Shown here: in pieces, positions 17,821-28,607 of the stretch
How the letters are laid out: the number at the start of each line of letters is the position of its first letter
Position numbering within the stretch: position 1 is the stretch's first letter
Virus record (IMG/VR): IMGVR_UViG_3300031841_003153
Source of the DNA: an uncultured virus (IMG/VR IMGVR_UViG_3300031841_003153)
Lineage: Duplodnaviria > Heunggongvirae > Uroviricota > Caudoviricetes
Strand: one strand, 5' to 3'
Length of the DNA stretch: 55,112 nucleotides
Translations under genes and position numbers: made by a program
The notes under the pieces: model-generated
Databases searched by the model: none
The model's input: the letters and a program-made list of their open reading frames with translations, nothing else
What the model was told of the DNA's origin: nothing

Positions 17821-18321
17821 TTAGTAAAAACCGCCATTATCACGGTTTTGAGCGACACCCCAGCTTCCGGGACTATAAGGACCAAGCACAGCGGTCCCGA
17901 TAGGTGATCCACCGTCGCCCTTTTCGTATTGGTATTTTGTAATTAATTCTTCGTACTTAGAACATAACGTCTGTTGCAGACCAGACAAACTGGCAGCGAT
18001 TCCACGGAGATCAACCGCAGAAGGTCCGTCTTTCATAGAAATAGCGTTACAGGATTCCGTCTTTACCTCGCTTCCTATGAGGATGCAGGCACTTTTATAT
18101 ACTGTTAAAACGGCAAAGTCAGAATCTCCTGTAGAAATAGGATCGGGAGACAAAGAAACTTGACCAACGCTGACCGTATATGTGTTCATAAAAGTCGCTT
18201 CATTTTGCACATTGTAAGCCCCTATCACCAAAACCTGTTTTAATCGCTCGTCTGTATAACTTGAACCGTCAAGATCTCCAATAATAGATCTTAACATTAA
18301 AACCATGTCTACTTGCCACAT
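17821..18321 (-). CDS. Putative head-tail adaptor
   Basis: 166 aa; LRSIIGD...YTDERL N-terminus typical of adaptors. Confidence 0.55.
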   Translation of the reverse strand: MWQVDMVLMLRSIIGDLDGSSYTDERLKQVLVIGAYNVQNEATFMNTYTVSVGQVSLSPDPISTGDSDFAVLTVYKSACILIGSEVKTESCNAISMKDGPSAVDLRGIAASLSGLQQTLCSKYEELITKYQYEKGDGGSPIGTAVLGPYSPGSWGVAQNRDNGGFY

Positions 18322-18330
18322 AATTATACC

Positions 18331-18660
18331 CTATAGGTTTTCGTAAACTTTAAATGAACCCACGTCCGACCTAAACACACCGCCGCCTATACCTATTTTT
18401 GCCTGCAATCTCCAAGTTCCAACCTCATTAAGATCGCCGTCTACAGTGGTATATTTAATCTTTCCATCAGTTCCATCGGTAACAAGCGAGGCCGACTTTG
18501 TAACGGAAACACCAGAAGGAGACTTAAAGACCAATTCCAGAGTCGTAGCACCTGAAACATCAAGAACTGTCGGAGTACCAGAAACACAGTCTTTAATGGT
18601 AACCAAAAACTCTGTTCCGATATCGTTGTAATGTACTTCTTCTTCTGAGCAAGTTGCCAT
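18331..18660 (-). CDS. BppU-N-like Ig-fold structural protein
   Basis: DGTDGKIKYTTVDGDLNEVGTWRLQA motif. Confidence 0.55.
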   Translation of the reverse strand: MATCSEEEVHYNDIGTEFLVTIKDCVSGTPTVLDVSGATTLELVFKSPSGVSVTKSASLVTDGTDGKIKYTTVDGDLNEVGTWRLQAKIGIGGGVFRSDVGSFKVYENL

Positions 18661-18663
18661 TTT

Positions 18664-18873
18664 TTATCTCTCTACTGTAAATTCTAATTGGCGATTAATC
18701 TCTAATACATCGTCTACCTGCATATTTATACTCAATTCTTGTTCTATTTGCGTTTGAATTTCCAATGTAAACTCTAGACCCGTATCCACCTCGACGGAAA
18801 ATTCAATCTGATCCGGTCTAAAATACGGATTAGCCTCCTGAAACCAAAGCGGGAGCAGCGAACCATCTATCAT
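18664..18873 (-). CDS. Small hypothetical protein
   Basis: 69 aa, coupled to neighbours; C-terminus resembles that of 19638-19820. Confidence 0.55.
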   Translation of the reverse strand: MIDGSLLPLWFQEANPYFRPDQIEFSVEVDTGLEFTLEIQTQIEQELSINMQVDDVLEINRQLEFTVER

Positions 18874-19628
18874 TACGGTTCTCCGTGATACATAATGCCA
18901 ACAAACAACCTTAAATCACCAGCACCATTAGTTAGCCTGCATACAATATCTCCAACAGCAGGAGTTACCGTAGCAGCACCTCTTGGGCTAGGCATAGGAG
19001 TTGCAGTATTAAAAGCCGTATCATTTAATGATGTATAATTAGTAATAATTCTAGTTGTATTACCACTATCTACTTCAAACTTCAACTGACTTGGAGCAAA
19101 GTTGAAATCCTCTCTCAAATCGTCATTATTCGGCAAATTAAAGTCAACAACAAAAGCCCAAGATATATCTGCATCAACCGCATCAATTCTAGTGATAACT
19201 CCCATAATAAACTCACCGTCTGGGTTTCCAGAGGTTTGAGCTAAATGAAGATTAATAGTAGAAATATCAATTCTTCCAGTATCGCTATGCGGAAAGTTTA
19301 CAGTATCATCTTTATCTATTAAAACAAAATCTGTATCGCCAGTTCCAACAGCGTCGTCATGGTAAACAGCATAAACATTACGCTCACGTTCTGTTGATGT
19401 GGTTGCAAGCTCTCCGTCTGTTGTTACTTTAGCGTCATATTTTGTAGCACCAGAGAAAAACTCGTCACCGCGAATTTTCATTGGCACGGGGTTGGCGTCT
19501 GACACATCTCCGTCATTGACACCATCAGCACCAACAACCATCTTAGAACGTGGATACTTCACACCAAGAATTTCATCTGCTGCGATATTTGCACCTGATC
19601 CGGGGGTAATTGGTACATTGTCTGCCAT
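18873..19628 (-). CDS. Hypothetical virion/fibre-associated protein
   Basis: 251 aa; MADNVPITPGSGANIAAD...DGDVSDANPVP N-terminus. Confidence 0.6.
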   Translation of the reverse strand: MADNVPITPGSGANIAADEILGVKYPRSKMVVGADGVNDGDVSDANPVPMKIRGDEFFSGATKYDAKVTTDGELATTSTERERNVYAVYHDDAVGTGDTDFVLIDKDDTVNFPHSDTGRIDISTINLHLAQTSGNPDGEFIMGVITRIDAVDADISWAFVVDFNLPNNDDLREDFNFAPSQLKFEVDSGNTTRIITNYTSLNDTAFNTATPMPSPRGAATVTPAVGDIVCRLTNGAGDLRLFVGIMYHGEP

Positions 19629-19637
19629 TGTTTAATC

Positions 19638-19820
19638 CTATCTAAAGAGTTCTAGTTCTACCATTCTATTTACATATAACATAAATTGTATAATGTCTGG
19701 ATTAGCTATAATATCATCAAAACCATACCACCCAAACGTTGATATTAATGTCAGATTGTCCGTAACCGGAACGGAAGGAAACCAACCAAAGGTCGATACT
19801 GCTTGTAGGTCGGCTGTCAT
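19638..19820 (-). CDS. Small protein with duplicated STFGW motif
   Basis: 60 aa; STFGWF/STFGWY. Confidence 0.55.
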   Translation of the reverse strand: MTADLQAVSTFGWFPSVPVTDNLTLISTFGWYGFDDIIANPDIIQFMLYVNRMVELELFR

Positions 19821-22747
19821 TAGCTTCGTGTCCTTTCGCTACCAGCTTTAGTCAGCACAAATCTAGGGGTTGTATTGTCTCGATCATAAAAAGTAAATGT
19901 TCCCGCAGGACTTTCCACAATCTTGCCTGCTGCCATAGCCCATAGGTCATTCATAACATTACCCATAGAATCAGCCGCATCGAATCCAGATGCTAGTGCC
20001 GACCAAACGTCCTCCATCACATACTCTGGGCTAACAAGCTCATCCCTATCCACAATAGCGGTTCCTCCACTATTGTCAATAAGCTCGCCAACTCCAAAGA
20101 CACGAATATTCCCACCAGTAACAGTTGCGTCTAACTCTACTCTAGCCCCATTCAAGGCAAGAGACATAGGCTCTGAGCCTGTTTTATTTATAATCTTGAT
20201 CTCTCCGATTAATCCACGAAAAGCAACGCCCTGTCCACTTCCAGCACAATCTAGGATTGGAATGTCTGTACCCGGACCCGGAGCGGAAACAGCAACACAC
20301 TTGTTAAACATGCCGATTCCAGCACCGCCCAAAGTATTAGTTCCTTCACGGATAACGCATTGTTCAAAGTGCCCAATTAGCCCAGTGACATTTTTAAGGG
20401 CTACTTGTGTAATGTAGGTGTTCCCTGTAAGTGTTCCGGTAAGTAGCATGTTTTGGAATTCACAGTTATTTGTGCTTACGCCACTACCAACAGTAAGCGT
20501 TGTAGTTCTTGGACTTCTTCCAAAAAACTTAATATCATCATGGTCGGTTGTAAGGGTTACGCTAGTCTCAATTTTAACTTTTCTAATGTTATTGGCCTGA
20601 TAAACCACTTTGGCATCTACGTCATTATTACATGGAAGTCGAACTGAACCATGTGGGAAGAACGTTCCAGATGTAGGTTCATTCGCATCAATATAAACAG
20701 TACCATCAACAAACTCGGAGAACTGAACACCCTCTGGGTTGATGAGTCTATTTTCGATAGTAGCACCACCATTGTATTCTGGATTCAACCAGTCGGCAGT
20801 ACCATTCATTATAATCGTACCGGCGGTGCAATTATTCTCAATGGTGATTTTACCCGATAAAAAGTTAATCTCAAAAATATCCGAAGCGGATGTCATATTT
20901 CTAATAATAAAGTCGCCATGTGCGTTCTCTAAGTCTACTTTAGCAACAGTAAATGCATCTTGAAAATCTATAACAATATCAGCATCAGCTTGGATAGGCG
21001 TAACATTATTAAGCAAAACATTACTGTTATCCGCTACTCGAATGGTGCCACCAAGTGCTATCACATTCGCCTGCCCATTAATACCAATTGCGTCCTGCAT
21101 GCCACAAGTTTCAAGAAATGGATAACCGCCATTTTGTGTGCCAGTTAAGACCATTTTTATAAAGTTAGTAGAGCCAACACTAAAGTTGTTCATATCAAAT
21201 ACTGGCAAGTTTTCACCAGTAATGCTATAACCATCAATATTTCTATCTAATGTTACATTACCTAAGATTTCAATATGGGTAAGATTTCTTTCATCCAATG
21301 CCGCGATAGCGTCTGGGAAGTTGTTGAATGGAGAACCTTGATAACCATTACCGTTGGTTACAGCAGTACCTTTGAGGAATACACTACGAATAACCTGACC
21401 ATGAGTTTCGTCAACACGGGTAAAGATAGTTTCGTCAATGATTGTAGCACCGCCAGAATAAGTAAATTTGTTATCCCATTTTCCCACACCTCTGAGGGTG
21501 ATTGATCCAGCGACTACATTGTTTTCTATCTCAATGTCACCGGATGCTAAGTCAAGAAAAGCCGCTTCTGGACCTGTTTTATTTTTTAGACAGATCGCAC
21601 CATTCCAGTTCGTCACGATAAGACCTGTTCCAGAGCCGCCAAAATCTAGGCATGGTCTAATCTGAGAACCCTCGTAACAATCTAATAACTGTAAAGTGCT
21701 GGCTCCACTTAGTACAATGTCTCCAATCAGACCGCTATTTCTAACAACGCCATCAACAAAGTTAAGATCTTGTGCGACAGCGTTTTCGATAACGGAGTTA
21801 CCGTCCAAAGTCCCAGTAACCGTACAGTTTGTAAACTCACTAGCAATTACGCTTGCACTAGGATCAATAGTAATTGTTGATCTTGACGTAGACTGTCCTT
21901 CAAATAAATAACTATCAAACGTCAAGCCCGTTAGGGTAGCATCGCCTATTATGAAAAACTTACTTAATCCACGTTCGGAAGCTATTGCCAAAGCGTCTGT
22001 AAAGTTATTGACTGGCTCTCTGGATGTGCCGACCGGAAACACTGTTCCAGCACCAGCACAAAGCAAATCAACCGTCACGCCACCATTAAAACTAGCATAC
22101 TGAATATCTTGAGATTCAGATAGTGTAGCAGAAGAGGAGGCAGTTCGGACGATTTGGGTAAATGCAGTCGGAACCACGGGCGAAAGCTGTGCCCCTACAT
22201 CATCTTCGGCCACTAGGTTGCCACCGCTAATATTGCACTGAATAATGTTAAATACTTGATAATCGTCGGCTATATCATAAGTGTTGCCCGATCCATTAAC
22301 AAGTGTTCTAGTAGTTAAAGTGGTCGCGTTGACAACTTCATAAACATCTGCAATACTATTGTCTGTAAAGTTAATTACGAGCGAGCCTCTGGCTACACCG
22401 GCTGTTACAAAATCGGCAGCAGCATCTTCAAAAGTTTGTAGACCGTTAGCACCAGCACCGCTACCAGTGGTAACGGTTCCCGTCTCTGCGGGCGTTCGCC
22501 TTGCTTCAAACGATACTTGGGCGTCTTGGAGGTTTGCGGTAATACCAACCAAAACACCACCACCAAGGTCTTCCTTGCCAGCAGCGTTAATTAGTTTATC
22601 AAACGACAAGCCTTCTGCAAAACCCTCTTCGGATATTCTTAATGTATCTACAAGATCCTGCACCGTTAATTCTGTAGAAGGAGCAGCTACTTCTACCACC
22701 CTTGGGGATGGCTGATAGTCTGCATTTACATCATCTCTGGTTGTCAT
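19820..22747 (-). CDS. Fibre/spike-like protein with repeated beta-helical modules
   Basis: 975 aa; three modules each starting near G-x3-P-x-N-N (GTSREPVNN, GYQGSPFNN, GSVRLPCNN). Confidence 0.6.
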   Translation of the reverse strand: MTTRDDVNADYQPSPRVVEVAAPSTELTVQDLVDTLRISEEGFAEGLSFDKLINAAGKEDLGGGVLVGITANLQDAQVSFEARRTPAETGTVTTGSGAGANGLQTFEDAAADFVTAGVARGSLVINFTDNSIADVYEVVNATTLTTRTLVNGSGNTYDIADDYQVFNIIQCNISGGNLVAEDDVGAQLSPVVPTAFTQIVRTASSSATLSESQDIQYASFNGGVTVDLLCAGAGTVFPVGTSREPVNNFTDALAIASERGLSKFFIIGDATLTGLTFDSYLFEGQSTSRSTITIDPSASVIASEFTNCTVTGTLDGNSVIENAVAQDLNFVDGVVRNSGLIGDIVLSGASTLQLLDCYEGSQIRPCLDFGGSGTGLIVTNWNGAICLKNKTGPEAAFLDLASGDIEIENNVVAGSITLRGVGKWDNKFTYSGGATIIDETIFTRVDETHGQVIRSVFLKGTAVTNGNGYQGSPFNNFPDAIAALDERNLTHIEILGNVTLDRNIDGYSITGENLPVFDMNNFSVGSTNFIKMVLTGTQNGGYPFLETCGMQDAIGINGQANVIALGGTIRVADNSNVLLNNVTPIQADADIVIDFQDAFTVAKVDLENAHGDFIIRNMTSASDIFEINFLSGKITIENNCTAGTIIMNGTADWLNPEYNGGATIENRLINPEGVQFSEFVDGTVYIDANEPTSGTFFPHGSVRLPCNNDVDAKVVYQANNIRKVKIETSVTLTTDHDDIKFFGRSPRTTTLTVGSGVSTNNCEFQNMLLTGTLTGNTYITQVALKNVTGLIGHFEQCVIREGTNTLGGAGIGMFNKCVAVSAPGPGTDIPILDCAGSGQGVAFRGLIGEIKIINKTGSEPMSLALNGARVELDATVTGGNIRVFGVGELIDNSGGTAIVDRDELVSPEYVMEDVWSALASGFDAADSMGNVMNDLWAMAAGKIVESPAGTFTFYDRDNTTPRFVLTKAGSERTRS

Positions 22748-22754
22748 GGAAATC

Positions 22755-23297
22755 CTACTTTATTGCTTTAAGCTCACGATCCCTTTGTTGAACAAGTGCT
22801 AGGTTTTTTGTAAACTCCGCAATAGATTCATATTCTTTTTCTATTACGGAATCACATCTTTCTATTGACTGCTCGAACTGTGTGATTTGTTCTCCGAGAG
22901 CTTTTATGTTGTACGGTGGATACTGCTTTAATAGTTGTTTAATTTTTTCTGCGTCTTCTGGGTTTTCTTTGTTGAGTTGCTCGATTTGAGAATCTCTAAT
23001 TTGCCCCTGAGTAATTAGTGTTCTATATTCTGTGATTTTTCCCTGCAAATCTTTCTTCAAGCTCTTGACACGTTTAATATTTGTATTTAGCTCTTTAAGT
23101 GTCCCATGAATATATTCTTCACTAGCCTTTGGGTATTTAGCCCTGATGTTATTTTCTTTTGTTTCCTTGTCGGTTTTAAGAAAATCTACCAGCCCTTCCT
23201 TGGCCTTTTCGCCTTGGCCGAGCGGTAGATTATCTAATTTTGAACCATTTATTCTTAGAGAGTCTAAACCCTCTTTTCCTTTGTTGCTATCTCTCAT
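22755..23297 (-). CDS. Coiled-coil hypothetical protein
   Basis: Likely start MRDSNK at 23297 after AAGGAA; ORF-track extension overlaps upstream gene. Confidence 0.55.
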   Translation of the reverse strand: MRDSNKGKEGLDSLRINGSKLDNLPLGQGEKAKEGLVDFLKTDKETKENNIRAKYPKASEEYIHGTLKELNTNIKRVKSLKKDLQGKITEYRTLITQGQIRDSQIEQLNKENPEDAEKIKQLLKQYPPYNIKALGEQITQFEQSIERCDSVIEKEYESIAEFTKNLALVQQRDRELKAIK

Positions 23298-23334
23298 TTT
23301 TTCCTTCCTTATTTTCTTTTTTCTAAACCAAAAA

Positions 23335-25953
23335 CTATGTAGCAATATTGTCAGGCTGACGTACAACCGTAACAGTAGTGCTTCCGTCACCCTGAGTCTG
23401 GTTCAGAGTAAACGGCAGAATCACCTTTCCTTGGCGAACATTCACAACGACACCAAAGTTTGATGACAGTGTTTTCGTGAAAGTGTTGGAGACTGACGTT
23501 CCACCTGCCTCAACATCAAGAATCAGGTCATACACATCGTCAGATGTGGTATAAGCCGTAATAGCCTGATTGATTTGGAAAGTGTCATTAAGATCCCAGT
23601 CTTGCGTAGCATCACCGGGACCGTAGATTGGAGATACGTCCAAAGTCGTTGCACTCACAACGTTTGTAACTTCCCACACATGACTTTCCTTACCAGCAGT
23701 GGTATTTCTAACGAGCATACCAACCTGCACAGCGGGAGAAGTAAAGTCAGCAGAAGTGTCAATCAACTGAGTAGTAGATGCAGTCGTTACATCACCATCA
23801 TCATCCATAGCAGCCAGAGTAAACACACCAGTAGATAGATTGACCGAGCTATACTCGTACTTATGCTCTTGCTGAGTATCAGTGTTACCCAACCGGCTTA
23901 AAGCAGGAGTAGTATCAACAACCCTAATGTAACCAACAGGAGGAACCTGCTCATTTAGAGGTGTTGTGGCAACCGTCAACGTAGCATCGCCCTGCGAAGC
24001 GGCGGTCATTCCGCCAAACTGGTCTTTGTCGATAATGCCAGATGTGCCAGTATCTCTTGCAACAAGAATTCTATCCAGAGCAGCCGTATTGGAAACCGTG
24101 AAGCTCACCGTATTAGGTGGAGTATTCAGTGTACCAATATCGTCAGTCAGAATATAAGCCTGAACATCAGCACTATCAGGGTTGATAAACGCAACACCGC
24201 GAGCACCGAAGATCTGACTACCCGTAAACGTACCAAATGGAGACGCTTTAGGAGAAGTAAAGGTAATGATACCATAAGTACCACCGCCCGCCACGGTTCG
24301 AGCTTCCACCGTAGCACTACTGGTCACACCGGAAATCGTATCATCATTAATAACCGAATCCAAAGATGTTTGACTATCAGAAAGCGTGATATAGTCTGCT
24401 GGACTAGCCCAAGCAGCACTCGTAGAATAACCAGCCAGTCTTGCAGTATAGCCGTTCTGACCAGTAACGTCCTCACCATCGGTCATAGCACCACCAACAG
24501 CACCATCAAATTCCACAAAGGTGTCAAGACCTCGATAGGTTTCTCCGGGCATGGAGCAAGTAGTGACCCAGAAAGAATTATCTTGACCACGACGAGTGAC
24601 GTACTTGATACGCTCGTATACCTTTGCAATTGGAACATTGCTCTGACAATCAACGCTAATCGAGTAAGGCTCTGGTGTACCATTACCATCATGGTCAACA
24701 TCGGTGTGATCGAGCGTGATTGTAACCGTACCACCCTCACCCGAACTAGAATCTGCGGGTCCACCGCTAGTGTTAGAAGGAGCTAAAATACCAGAACCAG
24801 CAATAGAAGCATCCCCATCAGAAGCGGCATCATAATCGTATTCTTGAATAGTATCAGAAACAACAAAATCTGTCAAATCCCCAACCAAGTAATACTCAAT
24901 CACTGGTTCAGTAGTGGTTCCGCTAACAGCAGTGATGACACCCTTTTTTGTAGCATTTGCAAAACTACCAGCGGAAGCGTCATAAATACCATTTCCAACA
25001 GTAAATGTTCCAGATCCGGTCAAAGTATCACCAGTAAAGGTTCTATAACCGGTAGTGTTGTTAATATCTGGAGCAGAAGCAAGCGGCAGAGCGGAGAAAC
25101 CACCACCAGCAACGTTAAGGCGGAAGTTATCGTACAGAGCAGTGTATCGTCGGGCGAAAACCTCAACGTCACCATCTGCAATCAAGGTGCCACTGTCCTT
25201 GACCTGAATCAGAATCGAGATAATACCGAGAGAAGCAGCGGTATCAGTTGCCCACCACTGGAAAGAATCGTCCCAGCTTGAAACTTTCTGACGATCTTGA
25301 ATAAGATAAACCTCTGTAGCGGTAGGAACGCTACCGATAGCCTGAATAGCAGAGAAGATATGCTCTCCGTTTACACCGGCTGTTGAAGAAGTAGATGCAC
25401 CAGTACCACCATCTGCGGTAACAGAGATAACACCCGTACCAGAGAAAGTGTCGGTAGCCGGATCGTCAGGACGAATCCAAGCAGCCAAGGAACCATCTTG
25501 GTCGATGTCAAAATCGAGCAAGGTTCCGGTATGGCCTGTTCCAGCCTGCGTAACCTGACGACCAATATCGCCAGAAACAAAACTAATGTTGTCTACATAA
25601 TTAACCTTGACGACACCATCGCCCTCAACAGTTCCAGTCAACGCCCAATCTGCTGTGATAGCACCTTCTTTAAGGTATTGGGTTGAACTACGAGGAATAA
25701 AGTATTGATTTTCCATCGTATAAGCGTTTGGCGTAACAGGAAGCATCGGATTCCTGAAACCCATAGCAACAAACTCATCAGCCGCATCCGCAACGGCAGA
25801 GTAAAGCTGATTGGTAGTGTAAACAGTTTCAGAAGCACCACTAGCCCTTCTGACTGTTCTCATGCCAGCAACGGCGTTTGTTCCACCGTTTTGATTGTTT
25901 TCGTCATCGAAGAGGATTTCAAAGTCCCCTCCAAGAATACTAATTGAACTCAT
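23335..25953 (-). CDS. Large virion structural protein (872 aa)
   Basis: Gly/Thr/Asp-rich beta protein, AGGAG RBS, late motif upstream. Confidence 0.65.
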   Translation of the reverse strand: MSSISILGGDFEILFDDENNQNGGTNAVAGMRTVRRASGASETVYTTNQLYSAVADAADEFVAMGFRNPMLPVTPNAYTMENQYFIPRSSTQYLKEGAITADWALTGTVEGDGVVKVNYVDNISFVSGDIGRQVTQAGTGHTGTLLDFDIDQDGSLAAWIRPDDPATDTFSGTGVISVTADGGTGASTSSTAGVNGEHIFSAIQAIGSVPTATEVYLIQDRQKVSSWDDSFQWWATDTAASLGIISILIQVKDSGTLIADGDVEVFARRYTALYDNFRLNVAGGGFSALPLASAPDINNTTGYRTFTGDTLTGSGTFTVGNGIYDASAGSFANATKKGVITAVSGTTTEPVIEYYLVGDLTDFVVSDTIQEYDYDAASDGDASIAGSGILAPSNTSGGPADSSSGEGGTVTITLDHTDVDHDGNGTPEPYSISVDCQSNVPIAKVYERIKYVTRRGQDNSFWVTTCSMPGETYRGLDTFVEFDGAVGGAMTDGEDVTGQNGYTARLAGYSTSAAWASPADYITLSDSQTSLDSVINDDTISGVTSSATVEARTVAGGGTYGIITFTSPKASPFGTFTGSQIFGARGVAFINPDSADVQAYILTDDIGTLNTPPNTVSFTVSNTAALDRILVARDTGTSGIIDKDQFGGMTAASQGDATLTVATTPLNEQVPPVGYIRVVDTTPALSRLGNTDTQQEHKYEYSSVNLSTGVFTLAAMDDDGDVTTASTTQLIDTSADFTSPAVQVGMLVRNTTAGKESHVWEVTNVVSATTLDVSPIYGPGDATQDWDLNDTFQINQAITAYTTSDDVYDLILDVEAGGTSVSNTFTKTLSSNFGVVVNVRQGKVILPFTLNQTQGDGSTTVTVVRQPDNIAT

Positions 25954-25997
25954 CTTAAACTCCTAAGAATAATTGTTGGTTGGCTCAGTCTAATTTT

Positions 25998-26006
25998 AAT
26001 ACGCAA
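25998..26006 (-). promoter_or_regulatory. Putative late promoter motif TTGCGTATT
   Basis: Upstream of 872-aa gene. Confidence 0.55.
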
Positions 26007-26012
26007 AAATGA

Positions 26013-28121
26013 CTAAAAAGTTGAAATAGTATCTTCGATCCATACCGCCACAACACTGAGCCCACTACTTGTTATAGTGTTATTCTGCGTAAATGGCAAA
26101 TATCTTGTCACATCTAATTTGACTTTTCTTCCTAAAGGTTGCGTTCCCACTGATGGTAGTTGTGTATTTCTAGCCCTAACGTAATAATATGGCCCCTGAG
26201 AATTAACCGAAGTTGTGGCCCATCCCACAGGAGCATCCCAAGAAACAACATTTACTCCAGAATTTTCAAAATCAGATGTACCATCAGACACATTTGATAA
26301 AGAAGTCCACACGCTTCCGTTCCAATACTCCCAAGCAAGGATGCAAAACAACGAAGATGCCGCCTGAGAAACTTCTAACTTTAACTGATTAAATTCTTCA
26401 CTATGACCCCAGTAATAGGCGTCATTCGTACTAGGGGAAGAAGGCATTAAAGTAATATCATTTGTTACAGCACTATTATTCGCGGTGGTTTCGTCAACAA
26501 AAACCGTTCCGCCTGTATTAGCGGCAATACCAGCAGTTGGAAAACCCTGATTGCGGCAGCGAACAATCACATCAAGACCAGCACCAAAAGCACCTTCATA
26601 ATTCAAGCTAAAGCTAAACTCGCCATTTGAATCTGCCAACCCCTGACTCAATACATCCCCCGTTGTGACCGTACCGACTGTCTCATTTGCGATTACCTGC
26701 ACAGAAGTTCCTTCGCTAACACCAGTTACAGTAATAGTAACAGCGTTGTTTATAGTTAGCGTGCCAGTATATCCCGTCTCGTCTGCCGAAGGTGTATCAC
26801 CCCCATTTAGAATATTGATAGTAATATCAGCACTAGAGGTTACGGGATTTACATAAATCGCACGATCAGCAGCAGTTCCAGCATTAGTGGCATAATCGTT
26901 AAATTTCCAGTTGTCAAAGTTGTATGTAAACGGCCCCGCTCCAGTGGGATTGATGTGAACCCCATGCCCAGTGCCATCAGAGTTAAATGTTACATTTGTT
27001 ATATTTTGCGTTCCAGACTGGTTTTCGTCTAGAAGTATTGCTCCATCAGCATCGTTCCCACCATTGATCGTTAGATTGTCTATATCCACTGTGGATACAA
27101 TTACTTTGTCGCAGTTATCAAAAGTACAAGACTCAAGAAATTTATTGCCTACGCTTTGAACGGGAAGTGAAATAGTTCCCAAACCTGTAAACGATGCTCC
27201 TGTTAGCTTTAATATATCAACATTAACATCAGACATATCAAACTGAGCACGGGTAGCAGTGTTAACAATAACAGTATTGTTTAGCACAAAACTAATGGTA
27301 TCCGTAACATTTCCAACAACACGGAAAGGAAAATGGGTAACCCCAAGAGCACGACCACCAGCATTGTCTCCAAGGAAATACCACTGTTCACTATTGGACT
27401 CGAAATAAGAATCGGCAGTAGCGACAGAATTTCCCCATTCGGTTGGAGCACCGAAAAGATACTGCATACCGAGTGGACTTCCAATCATACCCCAGCCATT
27501 TGTAATATCATCAGCGGCAACGTCAGACATAGTTTCAGGAGTTCCGACAGTGCCACCATTAATAGTTAGGGCGTAAGAGTCATTTGTGATATAGGTAATG
27601 CTATCAATAAAAACGTTAGGAACATTACCAACAGCTTTAGCCAAGTGAAGCGAACCATATCCAACCTGTGATATAGCCGCTTGGTTTAATCCTGCCTCAG
27701 TTCCAGCGTAGGCATTATTCCCACCGGGAGTAGCCGCTGCTGCGGAAATATCCATTCTAAAACTAGAGAATCCCGTTTTAAGAGTTAGACCAACAGCATC
27801 GTTGCCACCCACATCATATCCGATTCTGTTAGAGCCATCGCCAATAACCCACTGCACGCCACCATTAGCAAAAGTATCAACTAAGTTATCTTTTATAAGC
27901 ATATAAACGGTGGTGTCAGACCAATCAAGATTAAAGGTTGAGCCAACACTATCTTGATTTGTAAATGTTTCTTCGTCAGTGTTTGAGTGTTGTGCCTCAA
28001 TGGAACCAGTACCTTCATAAAACTGACCAGTAGTAGTATTGTCACCACCCTGAGCGGCAGCAGTCCAACCATTTGCGAAAGTTTCACAGTCATTAAGCTG
28101 AGTTCTATTATCAACACTCAT
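26013..28121 (-). CDS. Large virion/fibre protein
   Basis: About 702 aa from MSVDNR (TAATG overlap with upstream stop); beta-helix-like middle; WEYWNGSVW motif. Confidence 0.65.
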   Translation of the reverse strand: MSVDNRTQLNDCETFANGWTAAAQGGDNTTTGQFYEGTGSIEAQHSNTDEETFTNQDSVGSTFNLDWSDTTVYMLIKDNLVDTFANGGVQWVIGDGSNRIGYDVGGNDAVGLTLKTGFSSFRMDISAAAATPGGNNAYAGTEAGLNQAAISQVGYGSLHLAKAVGNVPNVFIDSITYITNDSYALTINGGTVGTPETMSDVAADDITNGWGMIGSPLGMQYLFGAPTEWGNSVATADSYFESNSEQWYFLGDNAGGRALGVTHFPFRVVGNVTDTISFVLNNTVIVNTATRAQFDMSDVNVDILKLTGASFTGLGTISLPVQSVGNKFLESCTFDNCDKVIVSTVDIDNLTINGGNDADGAILLDENQSGTQNITNVTFNSDGTGHGVHINPTGAGPFTYNFDNWKFNDYATNAGTAADRAIYVNPVTSSADITINILNGGDTPSADETGYTGTLTINNAVTITVTGVSEGTSVQVIANETVGTVTTGDVLSQGLADSNGEFSFSLNYEGAFGAGLDVIVRCRNQGFPTAGIAANTGGTVFVDETTANNSAVTNDITLMPSSPSTNDAYYWGHSEEFNQLKLEVSQAASSLFCILAWEYWNGSVWTSLSNVSDGTSDFENSGVNVVSWDAPVGWATTSVNSQGPYYYVRARNTQLPSVGTQPLGRKVKLDVTRYLPFTQNNTITSSGLSVVAVWIEDTISTF

Positions 28122-28522
28122 TATACAGCCCCACAAAGATAAGAAAGTGCAATTGAGGCGGCGTTAATGCCAAACAAGTCTGTTTTATTTGGGGTGCATA
28201 TTCTGTAAGAATTTTCAGGAGTGCAAAACTTAGCGTTGTTTTGAGAAGTGTCACTTAAAATTAATGTAAAATCATTTAACTTAGGTAATTCCGATAGGTT
28301 TTTCTTTGCCGAGGGTTCCAAGAATATTAATTCCCCACTAGCTAAACTTAGTGCTTCTTCCATCGCATGACACTGGGTAACTTTAGATGAAGTCACTGAC
28401 GATATCTCCGGTGTAAAAATAAACCTATCTATACCAAAAGCACCACCTAGTTGCCTCCACATACTCCACTCAAGACTAGGTTCCATTTGATACTTTTCCC
28501 ATCTGGATATTATAGTTATCAT
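28121..28522 (-). CDS. SPOUT (SpoU/TrmL-like) methyltransferase-fold protein, degenerate
   Basis: Pattern AFGI...IFLEP...LILSD...YRICTP..DLFGINAASIAL resembles SPOUT knot motifs. Confidence 0.4.
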   Translation of the reverse strand: MITIISRWEKYQMEPSLEWSMWRQLGGAFGIDRFIFTPEISSVTSSKVTQCHAMEEALSLASGELIFLEPSAKKNLSELPKLNDFTLILSDTSQNNAKFCTPENSYRICTPNKTDLFGINAASIALSYLCGAV

Positions 28523-28537
28523 GATGCCTCATCCTAT

Positions 28538-28546
28538 TATACACAA
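28538..28546 (-). promoter_or_regulatory. Putative late promoter motif TTGTGTATA
   Basis: Right after the capsid terminator, upstream of 28522. Confidence 0.6.
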
Positions 28547-28552
28547 TTAACT

Positions 28553-28583
28553 AAAAAAAGCCGCCTCTTCCGAAGCGGCTTTT
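28553..28583 (-). terminator. Intrinsic terminator after major capsid gene
   Basis: Minus strand AAAAGCCGCTTCGGAAGAGGCGGCTTTTTTT: GC stem plus U7. Confidence 0.85.
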
Positions 28584-28607
28584 CCAAATAGTCTATCGCA
28601 GTCGTTC

